Of a DNA stretch of 64,000 nucleotides, positions 9,163 to 19,546 are shown piece after piece. The notes beneath the pieces were generated by a model. It did no database searches and was not told the DNA's origin. It saw only the letters and a list, made by a program, of their open reading frames with translations. The DNA is from Planctomycetota bacterium (lineage in GTDB: Bacteria; Planctomycetota; B15-G4), in NCBI GenBank assembly GCA_038212275.1, contig JBBQUR010000001.1, forward strand, positions 224,001-288,000, in the 5' to 3' direction. The first letter of the stretch is position 1. Each line of letters starts with the position of its first letter. Both the position numbers and the translations under genes were made by a program.

Positions 9163-9307
9163 GGGCGCTCCCCTGCGACCCTCTCGCGCATGGATGTACG
9201 GGGCGGATCTCGGGTATAAAGGCCGGTCGCATCCCGGGTCGGAAAGTCGGCAGTCCGCGATCGTCCCGGCCGGGTCTGCACCCTCTCCCGCCTGACCCGG
9301 AGTCCGC

Positions 9308-10372
9308 TTGTCCGCCACGCCCTCCCATGCCGACGCAGACCGCAGCGGCGGGAGCACCGCAGGCATCGGCGGCATCGGCGGTAGCAGCGGTAGCAGCGGT
9401 AGCAGCGGTAGCAGCGGCGGCCCGGCCCTCGCCGAGCTGCGCGCGGGCGGGGTGACGGGGCCGAAGCCCGACTGGCTCAAGATCAGGCCGCCCGGCGGCG
9501 AGCGCTACACGCGCCTCAAGGGCCAGCTCCGCGAGCGCGGCCTGCACACCGTCTGCGAGGAAGCGCGCTGCCCCAACGTGGAGGAATGCTGGGGCGGCGG
9601 CACGGCGACGCTCATGCTCATGGGCGACACTTGCACGCGCGGCTGCTCCTTCTGTGCGGTGAAGACCGCGCGAGCGCCCGCGCCGCTGGACGCCGACGAG
9701 CCGGCCAAGTCCGCACAGAGCGTCGCGCTCATGGAGCTGGACTACGTCGTGCTCACCTCGGTGGACCGCGACGACCTGCCCGACGGCGGCGCTGCGCACT
9801 TCGCGGCCTCCGTGCGCGCCATTCGCGAGCGCAATCCGGCCACGCTCATCGAGGTGCTCATCCCGGACTTCCAGGGCGACGAGCGCGCGCTGGCGACGCT
9901 GGTCGCGTCGCGGCCCGATGTCGTCGCGCAGAACCTGGAGACGGTCGAGCGCCTCACGCACCCGGTGCGCGACCCGCGCGCCGGCTACCGCCAGACGCTC
10001 GAGCTGCTGGCCCGCGTGAAGCGCCTCGCTGCCAGCATGCAGACCGCCGACGCCGCACGCCACGCGCCGATGCTCACCAAGAGCAGCCTCATGCTGGGCC
10101 TCGGCGAGCGCGACGACGAGGTGCGCGCCGCCATGGCCGACCTGCGAGCCTCGGGCGTGGACTTCCTCACCTTCGGCCAGTACCTGCGGCCGACGCCGCG
10201 ACATCTCCCCGTGCAGCGCTACGTGCCGCCCGAGGAGTTTTCGCGCTGGCAGGCCGAGGGCGAAGCGATGGGCTTCCGCTACGTCGCGAGCGGTCCGCTC
10301 GTGCGCAGCAGCTACCGCGCCGGAGAGTTCGCGATCCGCGCAGTGTTCGAACAGCAACGGAGAACCGGATGA
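9308..10372 (+). CDS. lipA: Lipoyl synthase
   Basis: [52 protein letters not shown]-terminal (GSS)4 repeat; start uncertain. Confidence 0.97.
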   Translation: MSATPSHADADRSGGSTAGIGGIGGSSGSSGSSGSSGGPALAELRAGGVTGPKPDWLKIRPPGGERYTRLKGQLRERGLHTVCEEARCPNVEECWGGGTATLMLMGDTCTRGCSFCAVKTARAPAPLDADEPAKSAQSVALMELDYVVLTSVDRDDLPDGGAAHFAASVRAIRERNPATLIEVLIPDFQGDERALATLVASRPDVVAQNLETVERLTHPVRDPRAGYRQTLELLARVKRLAASMQTADAARHAPMLTKSSLMLGLGERDDEVRAAMADLRASGVDFLTFGQYLRPTPRHLPVQRYVPPEEFSRWQAEGEAMGFRYVASGPLVRSSYRAGEFAIRAVFEQQRRTG

Positions 10373-11481
10373 GCACCACCGACATGTTGCAGATCCTCAC
10401 CGAGAGCGGCCGCGCCGCGCCGGGCACGGACGCCGGCCTGAGCCGGATCCAGCTCCTCGACCTTTACGAGCACATGCTGCGCACGCGCCTCATGGACGAG
10501 CGCATGCTCAACCTGCAGCGCCAGGGCCGCATCGGTTTCTATGTGCCGAGCACCGGCGAGGAGGCCTGCCAGATCGGCGCCGGCTCCGCGATCGGCAAGC
10601 GCGACTGGATCTTCCCCAGCTATCGCATGCCCGGCACGCTCATGATGTGCGGCGCCCGCATCACCGACATGGTGGCCAACTGCTTCGGCAACGAGGCGGA
10701 CCTGTGCAAGGGGCGCCAGATGCCGGTGCACTACGCGATGGCGGAGGCGCACATCGTGTCCATCTCGAGCCCGATCGGCACGCACCTCGTGCAGGCGACG
10801 GGCACCGCGATGGCGCAGAAGCTGAAGCACGACAAGGGCATCTCGTGGGCCTTCTTCGGCGACGGCGGCACCAGCAGCAACGACTTCCACTCGGGCCTGA
10901 ACTTCGCGGGCGTCGCGAAGGCGCCGGTGGTCTTCGTCTGCACCAACAACCAGTGGGCCATCTCGGTGCCGCTCTCCAAGCAGACGGCCAGCGAGACCAT
11001 CGCGTGCAAGGCCGAGGCCTACGGCATGCCCGGCGTACGCGTGGACGGCAACGACGTGCTGGCCGTGCAGCAGGCCTGCCAGCAGGCCGCCGAGCGCGCG
11101 CGGCGCGGCGACGGCCCGACGCTGCTCGAGCTGATGACCTACCGCCGCGGCCCGCACAGCTCCAGCGACGACCCGACGCGCTACCGCGGCAACGAGGCCG
11201 ACGACTGGATCAAGCGCGACCCGATCGTGCGCTATCGCAAATACCTCGAGCTGGCCGACCTGTGGAGCGACGCACAGGAGAAGGACCTGACCGAGCGCCT
11301 GAAGACGCAGATCAACGAGGCCGTCTCCACTGCGGAGAAGGCGCCGCAGCCCGCGCTCGACTCGCTGTTCTCCGATGTCTATGCCAAGGTGCCCGCGCAC
11401 CTGCGAGAGCAGTACGAAGACCTCATCCGCACCGAGGGCACCGGCCACGAGGCCGACCCCGACGCGGCCTTCCCGCTCTGA
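10369..11481 (+). CDS. 2-oxoacid (pyruvate/branched-chain) dehydrogenase E1 alpha, copy 1
   Basis: [20 protein letters not shown] motif GDGGTS...[22 protein letters not shown] overlap with lipA. Confidence 0.95.
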   Translation: MSTTDMLQILTESGRAAPGTDAGLSRIQLLDLYEHMLRTRLMDERMLNLQRQGRIGFYVPSTGEEACQIGAGSAIGKRDWIFPSYRMPGTLMMCGARITDMVANCFGNEADLCKGRQMPVHYAMAEAHIVSISSPIGTHLVQATGTAMAQKLKHDKGISWAFFGDGGTSSNDFHSGLNFAGVAKAPVVFVCTNNQWAISVPLSKQTASETIACKAEAYGMPGVRVDGNDVLAVQQACQQAAERARRGDGPTLLELMTYRRGPHSSSDDPTRYRGNEADDWIKRDPIVRYRKYLELADLWSDAQEKDLTERLKTQINEAVSTAEKAPQPALDSLFSDVYAKVPAHLREQYEDLIRTEGTGHEADPDAAFPL

Positions 11482-11614
11482 CGACTCACCGCAACGCGCA
11501 TCGCCCACCGACGCACGAACCAGCAGACACGCACGCTCACCAACTCGCACGACGGAAGCGCAACCTGCCGCTCCGCCGCCACCCCACGAACGACTGCAAC
11601 GAAACGAGAGATCG

Positions 11615-12589
11615 ATGGCTGAAATGACCCTGGTCCAGGCCGTGAACGAAGCCCTGCGCGCCGAGATGCGCGCCAACGACGACGTCGTCATCCTCGGCGA
11701 GGACGTCGGCATCAACGGCGGCGTGTTTCGCTGCACCGCCGACCTCGCGAAGGAGTTCGGCGAGGAGCGCGTGATCGACACGCCGTTGTCCGAGTCGGGC
11801 ATCATCGGCGCCGCCATCGGCATGGCGCTGTACGGCCTGCGGCCCGTGCCGGAGATCCAGTTCAGCGACTTCATCTGGCCGGCCTTCGACCAGATCACCT
11901 CCGAGCTGGCCAAGATGCGCTACCGCAGCGGCGGCCAGTTCACGTGCCCGCTCGTGATCCGCACGCCGTATGGCGGCGGCATCCGCGGCGGCCACTACCA
12001 CAGCCAGAGCCCCGAGGCCTACTTCACGCAGACGCCTGGCCTCGTCGTCGTGACGCCCAGCGACCCGTACGACGCCAAGGGCCTGCTGCGCGCGGCGATC
12101 CAGTGCGATGACCCGGTCATCTTCCTGGAGCCCAAGCGCATCTACCGCGCGCCCAAGATGGACGTGCCGGACGGCGACTACATCGTGGAGATCGGCAAGG
12201 CCGCGGTGCGCCGCGAGGGCAGCGACTTCACCATCACCTGCTACGGCGCGATGGTGGGTGTGGCCCTGGAGGCCTGCAGGAAGGCGGCCGAGCGCGGCTG
12301 GGAGGGCGAGGTGCTCGACCTGCGCACGCTGCTGCCACTGGACGAACCGGCGCTCATCGAGAGCGTCACCAAGACGGGCCGCCTCGTCACGCTGCAGGAG
12401 GCGCCGAAGTTCTGCGGCTTCTCCAGCGAACTCTCCGCGATCGTCGCCGAGAAGTGCATCGACGTGCTCGAGGCGCCGGTGAAGCGCGTCGCGGGTTTCG
12501 ACACGCCGTTCCCGTACACGCTCGAGCACGTGTACATGCCGCATGCCGACCGCGTGATGCACGCGATCGAAGCGGTGATGACCTACTGA
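11615..12589 (+). CDS. 2-oxoacid dehydrogenase E1 beta
   Basis: GEDVGINGGVFR, DTPLSESGI, EIQFSDF, GGHYHSQSPE, DLRTLLPLD. Confidence 0.96.
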   Translation: MAEMTLVQAVNEALRAEMRANDDVVILGEDVGINGGVFRCTADLAKEFGEERVIDTPLSESGIIGAAIGMALYGLRPVPEIQFSDFIWPAFDQITSELAKMRYRSGGQFTCPLVIRTPYGGGIRGGHYHSQSPEAYFTQTPGLVVVTPSDPYDAKGLLRAAIQCDDPVIFLEPKRIYRAPKMDVPDGDYIVEIGKAAVRREGSDFTITCYGAMVGVALEACRKAAERGWEGEVLDLRTLLPLDEPALIESVTKTGRLVTLQEAPKFCGFSSELSAIVAEKCIDVLEAPVKRVAGFDTPFPYTLEHVYMPHADRVMHAIEAVMTY

Positions 12590-12680
12590 AACCTTGCACG
12601 CGCCCGACGTCGTGGCGCACCAGGCAATCCACTTCACAGCATGAGATGCGGCACCGGAGGCCGCGCGGGAGTTTCAAGAC

Positions 12681-14765
12681 ATGGGCAAGCGGGTCGAGTT
12701 CAAGTTGCCGGACATCGGCGAAGGCGTCGCCGAGGGCGAAGTCACCAGCTGGAAGGTCAAGGCCGGCGACGTTTTGAAGGAAGACCAGGTCATGGTCGAG
12801 GTCATGACCGACAAGGCGACCGTCGAGATCGGCTCGCCCGTGAACGGCACCGTGCTCGAGATCCGTGTGGCCGAGGGCCAGGCGGTGCCGGTGGGCGCGA
12901 TCATCATCGTGCTCGAGGAAGGCGCCACCGCGGCGGCTGCTCCTGCTGCGGCGCCGAAGCCGGCCGCTGCGCAGGCCGCACCGACCTCCGCGAAGCCCGC
13001 GGCACCGCAGGCTCCGCCGTCCGCCCCGAAGCCTGCGATGTCGCAGGCCGCAGCGCACCCGGTCGCGCCGCCCGCAGCGTCCACGCCCGCCGCCTCGCGA
13101 CCCGCGCCCGCCGCGGCGTCGTCGACCGCGAGGCCTGCTCCGTCGCCCGCAGCACCGGCCGTGACGAAGTCCGCCGCGGGCGGCGCGCGCGAGGAGATCA
13201 ACTTCGCGCTGCCCGACATCGGCGAGGGTGTCGCGGAGGGCGAGGTCACACGCTGGATGGTGAAGCCCGGCGACAAGGTGCAGGAAGATCAGCCCATCGT
13301 CGAGGTGATGACCGACAAGGCCACCGTCGAGATCGGCTCGCCCGTGGACGGCGAGGTCCTGCAACTGCTGGTGAAGGCGGGCGAGACCGTGCCGGTGGGA
13401 GCGATCCTGCTCGTGCTCGGCGCAGCTCCCGGCGTCGGCAAGCACGTCCCCGTGCCGCATGGCGGACACGCCGCCGCCGCGAAGGCCGCGCCTGCCGCGC
13501 CGGCTGCGCCTGCCGCGCCTGCCGCGCAGCTGAACTTCGAGGACGAGTCCGCGGGTGAGGACTCCGCCGAACTGGTCGGCGCCGGCGTTGCGGCGTCTCC
13601 CGTTGCGCTGTCCGACAGCGGCCTGCCCGACCGGGGCGACGGCAGCCGCCGCGTCCGCGCCGCGCCGGCCACGCGCCGGTTCGCCCGCGAGGCGGGGCTC
13701 GATGTCGCGTCACTGAACGGCAGCGGGCCCGACGGCCGCGTCCTGATGGGCGACGTGCGCGCGGCTCTCGCCGGCGCCGCTCGTCCGGCGACGACGCGGG
13801 CTCCGGGCGCGGCGCAGCCCGCACCGCGCACGGCCGCACAGCCTGCGGCACGCACCACGGCGCCTTCGGCTGCGGCACCTGCGGCTGCGTCACCGGCGGC
13901 TGCGGCGCGCACGGCTCCGAGCCAGGCAGCTCCGTCGCGTGCGGCCGCGCCGGCCTCCGCACCCGCCTCCGCGCCGGCCGCGTCGCCGGCCCGCGCGCCG
14001 GCTGCCGCTGCGCCAGTCGCCGCCGCGGCCTCCGTGGCTGCGCCGCGGCCGCATGTGCTCGCAGGCGACGAGCGCGTCCCGCTGCGAGGCCTGCGCAAGC
14101 GCATCGCTGCGCAGATGCGGCTGTCCAAGCAGACCGCGGCGCACTTCACCTACGTCGAGGAAATCGACGTCACGGAGCTGGTGAAGCTGCGGGGGGCGGC
14201 CAAGGCGCGCGCGGCGGCGGCCGGCGTGAAGCTCACCTACATGCCGTTCATCATCAAGGCGACCTGCGTCGCGCTGCGCGAATTCCCGCTGCTCAATGCC
14301 TCGCTCGACGAGGCCGCGGGCGAGCTGGTCATGCACCACAACCACAACCTCGGCATCGCGGTGGACACGCCCAACGGCCTCATCGTGCCGGTCGTGCGCA
14401 ACGCGGACCGCAAGTCCATGACGGACCTCGCGCGCGAGATGACCGAGCTGGCCGATCGCGCGCGCGCCGGCAAGACGAAGCCGGACGACATCGGCGGCGG
14501 AACCTTCACGATCACGAACGCCGGCAACATCGGCGGCCTGCTCGCGACGCCGATCATCAACGTGCCCGAGGTCGCGATCATGGGCGTGCACGCCATCCGC
14601 CGTCGCCCGTGGGTGGTGGCCGAGGAGATCGTGATCCGCGACGTCATGCTGCTTTCGCTGTCGCTCGATCACCGCGTCGTGGACGGCGCCGTCGGCGCGT
14701 ACTTCATGAACCGCGTGAAGGAGCTGCTCGAGAATCCAGGCCTCATGCTGTTCGAGCCGGCGTGA
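12681..14765 (+). CDS. Dihydrolipoamide acyltransferase E2 with two lipoyl domains and long Ala/Pro linkers
   Basis: Two LPDIGEGVAEGE...EVMTDKATVEI domains, binding domain AAPATRRFARE...GSGPDGRV, catalytic DHRVVDGA. Confidence 0.96.
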   Translation: MGKRVEFKLPDIGEGVAEGEVTSWKVKAGDVLKEDQVMVEVMTDKATVEIGSPVNGTVLEIRVAEGQAVPVGAIIIVLEEGATAAAAPAAAPKPAAAQAAPTSAKPAAPQAPPSAPKPAMSQAAAHPVAPPAASTPAASRPAPAAASSTARPAPSPAAPAVTKSAAGGAREEINFALPDIGEGVAEGEVTRWMVKPGDKVQEDQPIVEVMTDKATVEIGSPVDGEVLQLLVKAGETVPVGAILLVLGAAPGVGKHVPVPHGGHAAAAKAAPAAPAAPAAPAAQLNFEDESAGEDSAELVGAGVAASPVALSDSGLPDRGDGSRRVRAAPATRRFAREAGLDVASLNGSGPDGRVLMGDVRAALAGAARPATTRAPGAAQPAPRTAAQPAARTTAPSAAAPAAASPAAAARTAPSQAAPSRAAAPASAPASAPAASPARAPAAAAPVAAAASVAAPRPHVLAGDERVPLRGLRKRIAAQMRLSKQTAAHFTYVEEIDVTELVKLRGAAKARAAAAGVKLTYMPFIIKATCVALREFPLLNASLDEAAGELVMHHNHNLGIAVDTPNGLIVPVVRNADRKSMTDLAREMTELADRARAGKTKPDDIGGGTFTITNAGNIGGLLATPIINVPEVAIMGVHAIRRRPWVVAEEIVIRDVMLLSLSLDHRVVDGAVGAYFMNRVKELLENPGLMLFEPA

Positions 14766-14769
14766 CGTC

Positions 14770-15879
14770 ATGACCGGCGCACCCGCACCGCTGCAGATCC
14801 TGTCGCCCAACGGCAGCGTGGACACCGCGCTGCTGCCGTCGCTGCCGCCCGACCGGATGGTGGAGCTGTACCGGCAGATGGTCATGGTGCGCATCATGGA
14901 CACGCGCATGCTGGCGCTGCAGCGCCAGGGGCGCATCGGCTTCTACGGCACGTGCAAGGGCCAGGAGGCCGCGACGGTGGGCAGCGGTGCGGCCGTCGCC
15001 GCGCGCGACTGGGTCTATCCGGCACTGCGCGAGGGCGCGGTGCTGCTCATGCGCGGTTTCCCGCTGGACCGCTACGTCGCGCAGCTCATGGGCAATGGCC
15101 ACGACGAGGCGCACGGGCGGCAGATGCCCTGCCACTTCGGGAGCCGCAAGTACCGCTTCGTCACGCTGAGCTCCGTCATCGGCACGCAGATCCCGCAGGC
15201 GATGGGCACCGCGTGGGCCGCGAAGATCCGCGGCGACGATGTCGTGACGCTGGCCTACCTCGGCGACGGCGCGACGAGCAGCACGGACTTCCATTGCGCG
15301 CTCACCTTCGCGGCCGTGCACAAGTTGCCGGTCGTCTTCCTCTGCCAGAACAATCAATTCGCGATCAGCGTGCCGTTCGCGAAGCAGACGGCGAGCGCCG
15401 GCATCGCGGTGAAGGCCGTCGCCTACGGCATGCCCGGCGTCGCGGTGGACGGCAACGACGTGCTCGCGGTGTACAGCGCCACGCGCGAGGCCGTGGACCG
15501 CGCGCGCAGCGGCGAGGGCCCGACCCTCATCGAGGCCATCACGTATCGCCTCGAAGGCCACAGCAGCAGCGACGACCCGACGCGCTACCGCGACGAGTCC
15601 GTCACGAAGTCCTGGGCCCAGCGCGATCCGATCGCGCGCTTTCGCCGCTTCCTCGAGCTGGAAGGCCTGGTCTCCGTCGCGCTGGACGAGCAGATCCAGG
15701 CCGAGCTCAAGTCCTCCATCGATGCCGCGATCAGCCAGGCCGAAGCCGGCCCCGCGCCCGACGTCGAGACGCTGTTCACCGACGTCTACGCGGAGATGCC
15801 GGCGCACATCGCCGAGCAGCGCGACGAAGTGCTGCGCGAGCAGGGCGGCGGAAGCAACTCGGGAGCATTCCCGCTCTGA
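14770..15879 (+). CDS. 2-oxoacid dehydrogenase E1 alpha, copy 2
   Basis: [23 protein letters not shown]...[19 protein letters not shown]. Confidence 0.95.
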   Translation: MTGAPAPLQILSPNGSVDTALLPSLPPDRMVELYRQMVMVRIMDTRMLALQRQGRIGFYGTCKGQEAATVGSGAAVAARDWVYPALREGAVLLMRGFPLDRYVAQLMGNGHDEAHGRQMPCHFGSRKYRFVTLSSVIGTQIPQAMGTAWAAKIRGDDVVTLAYLGDGATSSTDFHCALTFAAVHKLPVVFLCQNNQFAISVPFAKQTASAGIAVKAVAYGMPGVAVDGNDVLAVYSATREAVDRARSGEGPTLIEAITYRLEGHSSSDDPTRYRDESVTKSWAQRDPIARFRRFLELEGLVSVALDEQIQAELKSSIDAAISQAEAGPAPDVETLFTDVYAEMPAHIAEQRDEVLREQGGGSNSGAFPL

Positions 15880-16235
15880 CTCTGCCCGGATGGGGACTGA
15901 GCGTATGCGTTCCTCAGGCTTGGCCATGTTCCGCCTGCTCCTTGGGAGTGGCGCGGCAACATGTAACGGCACGAGCCAGCGCACGACATTGCCGAGTGGC
16001 AAGTCGCGCACACGGGGGGACACGCTCGTGGAGAGCGGGCTCCCCGATGCGAAGATGGCCGGCCTGCGCGCAGGCCAATCAACTGCCGGCGTGTTCTGCG
16101 TGAGTTCCACCCGATGTTTGATGCTTCTGGTATCCGCCGATCCCTGCAACTCCTGATCGAGGCCCGCTCGATCCGGCATCGTCAACACCTGAAGGTTCGC
16201 TCCGACCGTCGGCTCGGCTTCGCGGGGACTTTGCG

Positions 16236-17249
16236 ATGAGCGGAAGCGAGCCGGAGGACCGTGGCGAGGTTCTCGTCTATGAGGCCCCGGACGGGGCGGT
16301 GCGCGTGGATGTCCGGCTGGCGCGGGAGACGGTCTGGCTGAGCCAGCAGCAGATGGCCGAGTTGTTCGGCCGCGAGCGCTCGGTGATCACCAAGCACCTC
16401 CGCAACGTGTTCAAGGAGGGCGAACTGGAGCCGGCGGCAGTATGTGCAAAAATTGCACACACTGCCGCGGACCGCAAGACTTACGAGGTCGACTTCTACA
16501 ACCTCGACGCCATCCTCTCGGTTGGCTACCGCGTCAACTCGAGGCGCGGGACCCAGTTCCGCATCTGGGCCACGACGACTCTGCGGGAGCACCTGCTGCG
16601 AGGCTACACGCTTCATGAGCGGCGGCTGCGAGAGCGCGGCCTGAAGGAAGTCGAGGAGGCCGTCGACCTGCTGGCCCGCACCTTGACGACCCACGAGCTG
16701 GTCACGGACGAAGGCCGCGCGCTGCTCGATGTCATCCAGCAATACACCCGGGCTTGGCGGCTCCTGCTGGCATATGACGAGCAGCGGCTGGCCGAAGCAC
16801 CGGAGCGCCCGGTGCTCCAGACGGCGGCGCTCTCGCTCGACGACGCGCGTGCCGCCGCTGCAACCCTGCGAGCAGATCTCGCGGCACGCGGTGAAGCAGG
16901 CGAGCTCTTCGGCCAGGAGCAAGGGGACGGCCTGGCGGGACTTCTCGGCGCCATCGAGCAGACCTTCGGTGGCAAGGCGCTCTATCCCAGCGCCCAGAGG
17001 CGCGCGGCGCACCTGCTGTACTTCGTCATCAAGGACCACCCGTTCGGCGACGGCAACAAGCGCATCGGCACGCTGTTGTTCCTCGAGTACCTGCGGCGCA
17101 ACGGGTTGCTCCTTCGAACGGATGGCAGTCCGCGCCTTGCGGACAATGCGATGGTGGCGCTTGCACTACTGATCGCCGAGAGCGCCCCGCCGCAGAGAGA
17201 CCTGATGGTCCGGCTGACCTTGAACCTGCTCGGTGACGGGACTCCGTGA
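16236..17249 (+). CDS. RhuM-family / Fic-Doc fusion protein
   Basis: ETVWLSQQQMAELF, YNLDAILSVGYRVNSRRGTQFRIWAT; Fic motif HPFGDGNKRIG. Confidence 0.92.
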   Translation: MSGSEPEDRGEVLVYEAPDGAVRVDVRLARETVWLSQQQMAELFGRERSVITKHLRNVFKEGELEPAAVCAKIAHTAADRKTYEVDFYNLDAILSVGYRVNSRRGTQFRIWATTTLREHLLRGYTLHERRLRERGLKEVEEAVDLLARTLTTHELVTDEGRALLDVIQQYTRAWRLLLAYDEQRLAEAPERPVLQTAALSLDDARAAAATLRADLAARGEAGELFGQEQGDGLAGLLGAIEQTFGGKALYPSAQRRAAHLLYFVIKDHPFGDGNKRIGTLLFLEYLRRNGLLLRTDGSPRLADNAMVALALLIAESAPPQRDLMVRLTLNLLGDGTP

Positions 17250-17566
17250 ATGAGGAAGGCGCCAGCGCTCAACTCATCCACATGCTGCCGGAGGCTGGCA
17301 TGCGGATGCGTTTTTGCCGTAACCATTGTGTCGTGCGCGCCACTTGCATGCAGCGCGTATCGGCGCGGGCATGCCGGGCACACCAGGCGCTGACCCTCGA
17401 GGCGTCGTGCATGGGCGGAGGTGGGACGATGGGACCGGATCGACCGGCAGACGTGGACTGCCAACCGAACGACGTGGATCGCCGGCTGCGACGATGGAAG
17501 TGCGCTCCCGACGATACATGGCCGCACGCATCACGCGATCGCGTGAGTCGTCGTTGCGCTGCGACC

Positions 17567-19435
17567 ATGCTGGTGATGCTGACGCTCCTGGCCGGGCAGG
17601 CTTTCGGGCAGGATGCAGACGCTCCGAGTGGGCTTCCCGGCCGCGTCGTCGATGCCGCGTGGGAGCCCGTGCCGTTCGCGAAAATCCTCGTCTGGCATCT
17701 CTCGAGTCCGGCCCCGATATGGGACCAGCTTCCGGATCCTCCTGCCGCGACGCTGACCGCGGACGAGCAGGGCGAGTTCCTGCTGCCCGCATCGGACAAA
17801 TGGCTTCTGGTCTCCGCCGAGGCCGCGGGGCTGGCGGCTGCCTTCGATCTCCGCGTCGCGCCGGGAGCGCGGCCCCGGCACACGCTCGAGTTGCAGTTGG
17901 TGGCTGAAGTTCGCTGGACAGCACACCTGACGACCGAAGGCGGCGGCCCGATCGGCGCGGGCCGCGTGTGCTTTCATCCGCGCCGCGATGGAAACGCCCA
18001 CGAGTTCACGCTGGACCCGGGCGTGCTGCGCGTCGATCGCCCGCTTCCCGATGCGACTCTGCGGGCGGATGGTTCCGCGACGGCCAGGGTGCCGGACGTT
18101 CCCTGCTTCGTCATCGTGTGCCCGGAGTTCTGCGCCGACTGGTCGGGGACGGTCAACCCGCGGACGCCGCTCGCGCTGGTGCTCCCGAGTCTCCACCGCG
18201 TTGCTGGACGCCTTGTCGATTCCGACGGGGCGCCCATCGCCGACGCCACCGTGAATGTGGGCAGCTACCGCCAGGAACAGACCGACGCATCGGGTGGGTT
18301 CAGCGTCGAGGTCGAGGCGCAGGACGGCATCGCCACGTTGCCGATCGCCGCCGCCGGTTTCGCGCAGACGTCGGCAGTGGTGGACGTGTCCGGAGGCGAC
18401 GTCTCGGGAGTCGTGCTGACACTCGCGCCCGTGGCGCCACTACGCGGCGTCATCACGAACGCGCATGGCGACCCTGTGAATGCCTGCATCGATCTGCTCC
18501 GCAAACGAAGCGCCGACGGAAGCTGGGAGCGCGTCGATCCACAGTGGTCCTTCGACTGGTGGGCGACTTCATCGGACGGCAGCTTCGCGGCCCCCGTCCC
18601 CGCGGCCGGCGAATACATGGTCTCCATCGACAATGCGAATGACGACACGGGGACGCAGCTCGTCCTGCGTACGGGAGACGAGCCGCTCGCCATCCAGCTC
18701 GGTGAAGACGAACACGGTGCGCTGGACTCACTCACCGTGCTGGCGCACGAGGCACTCGGCGGAGCACCGATCGAGCCGACGCTGCTGCAGGTGACCACGC
18801 TCTTCGGGGAGCAGCGCGCGACCCAGTCCGCCGGGCCGCAGCGTGCCTGGAGCATGAGCGTCTCCGACATCCCGCTGGGTCGCGTGAGCCTGCGTCTCGC
18901 GGCGCGCGGCCACCTCGTGCATGACGAGACCATCGAGGAGACCGAGGGTGGCGGGCGACAAGTCGCGGTGTCCATGCAGCCGGCACGCTGCGTGCGGCTT
19001 CGGCTCGTCGACGGAACTGGCAGGCCGCTCGCGCACGCGCGCGCGAGCGTCCTCGACGAGAACGGCGTCGTCGTGCCGCTGCTCGCCGGACCGGAGTCCA
19101 TCGTGGACGAAGTGCTGATGGACGAGCGAGGCGAAGCCTGCGTGGATGGCGTGCCGCTCGGCCCGGTCTCCGTGCTCGTGACGGTAATGCCTGGTGGGGA
19201 CGCTGTCGCCCGGCCGCTCGAGCAGACGGCGATGCCAGGTGGGGATTCTGTCGCCCGGACTCCCGGGGCGGCGGAGGGGGAGACGGAGGAGGCAGCGGCG
19301 CACGACGACGCAACGTACGACGCCGCGTGGCGCGCCACACGGCCGAGCGGCGTCCTGCCGGCTAGCGACGTCGCTTCCGCGGACGACACGATCGTCGTGG
19401 TGATCTCAGCGCCAGGCAACGCGCAGCGTCGCTGA
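17567..19435 (+). CDS. Secreted carboxypeptidase-regulatory-like (beta-sandwich repeat) protein
   Basis: Signal peptide ending AFG-Q; repeated GRVVD..PV, GRLVDSDGAPIADATV, TDASGGF, LVDGTGRPLAHA; start uncertain. Confidence 0.7.
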   Translation: MLVMLTLLAGQAFGQDADAPSGLPGRVVDAAWEPVPFAKILVWHLSSPAPIWDQLPDPPAATLTADEQGEFLLPASDKWLLVSAEAAGLAAAFDLRVAPGARPRHTLELQLVAEVRWTAHLTTEGGGPIGAGRVCFHPRRDGNAHEFTLDPGVLRVDRPLPDATLRADGSATARVPDVPCFVIVCPEFCADWSGTVNPRTPLALVLPSLHRVAGRLVDSDGAPIADATVNVGSYRQEQTDASGGFSVEVEAQDGIATLPIAAAGFAQTSAVVDVSGGDVSGVVLTLAPVAPLRGVITNAHGDPVNACIDLLRKRSADGSWERVDPQWSFDWWATSSDGSFAAPVPAAGEYMVSIDNANDDTGTQLVLRTGDEPLAIQLGEDEHGALDSLTVLAHEALGGAPIEPTLLQVTTLFGEQRATQSAGPQRAWSMSVSDIPLGRVSLRLAARGHLVHDETIEETEGGGRQVAVSMQPARCVRLRLVDGTGRPLAHARASVLDENGVVVPLLAGPESIVDEVLMDERGEACVDGVPLGPVSVLVTVMPGGDAVARPLEQTAMPGGDSVARTPGAAEGETEEAAAHDDATYDAAWRATRPSGVLPASDVASADDTIVVVISAPGNAQRR

Positions 19436-19546
19436 TGCGCAGGAGGCCGCCGGAGACGAGTCCCGCCCCGCGGCTCCGGAATGCGCTGCGCGCTGACGGC
19501 AACAGCGCGTAAAGTCACACCTCTTCGCACGCGAGAACCTGCCGCA

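Noticed and set aside
15880..16235. Possible small ORF or mobile-element end before RhuM-Fic
   Set aside because: No convincing RBS, codon bias, terminal inverted repeat or recognisable product
19187..19258. 45-nt-period duplication encoding MPGGD(A/S)VAR
   Set aside because: Local in-frame duplication in a low-complexity C-terminal region; no evidence of function
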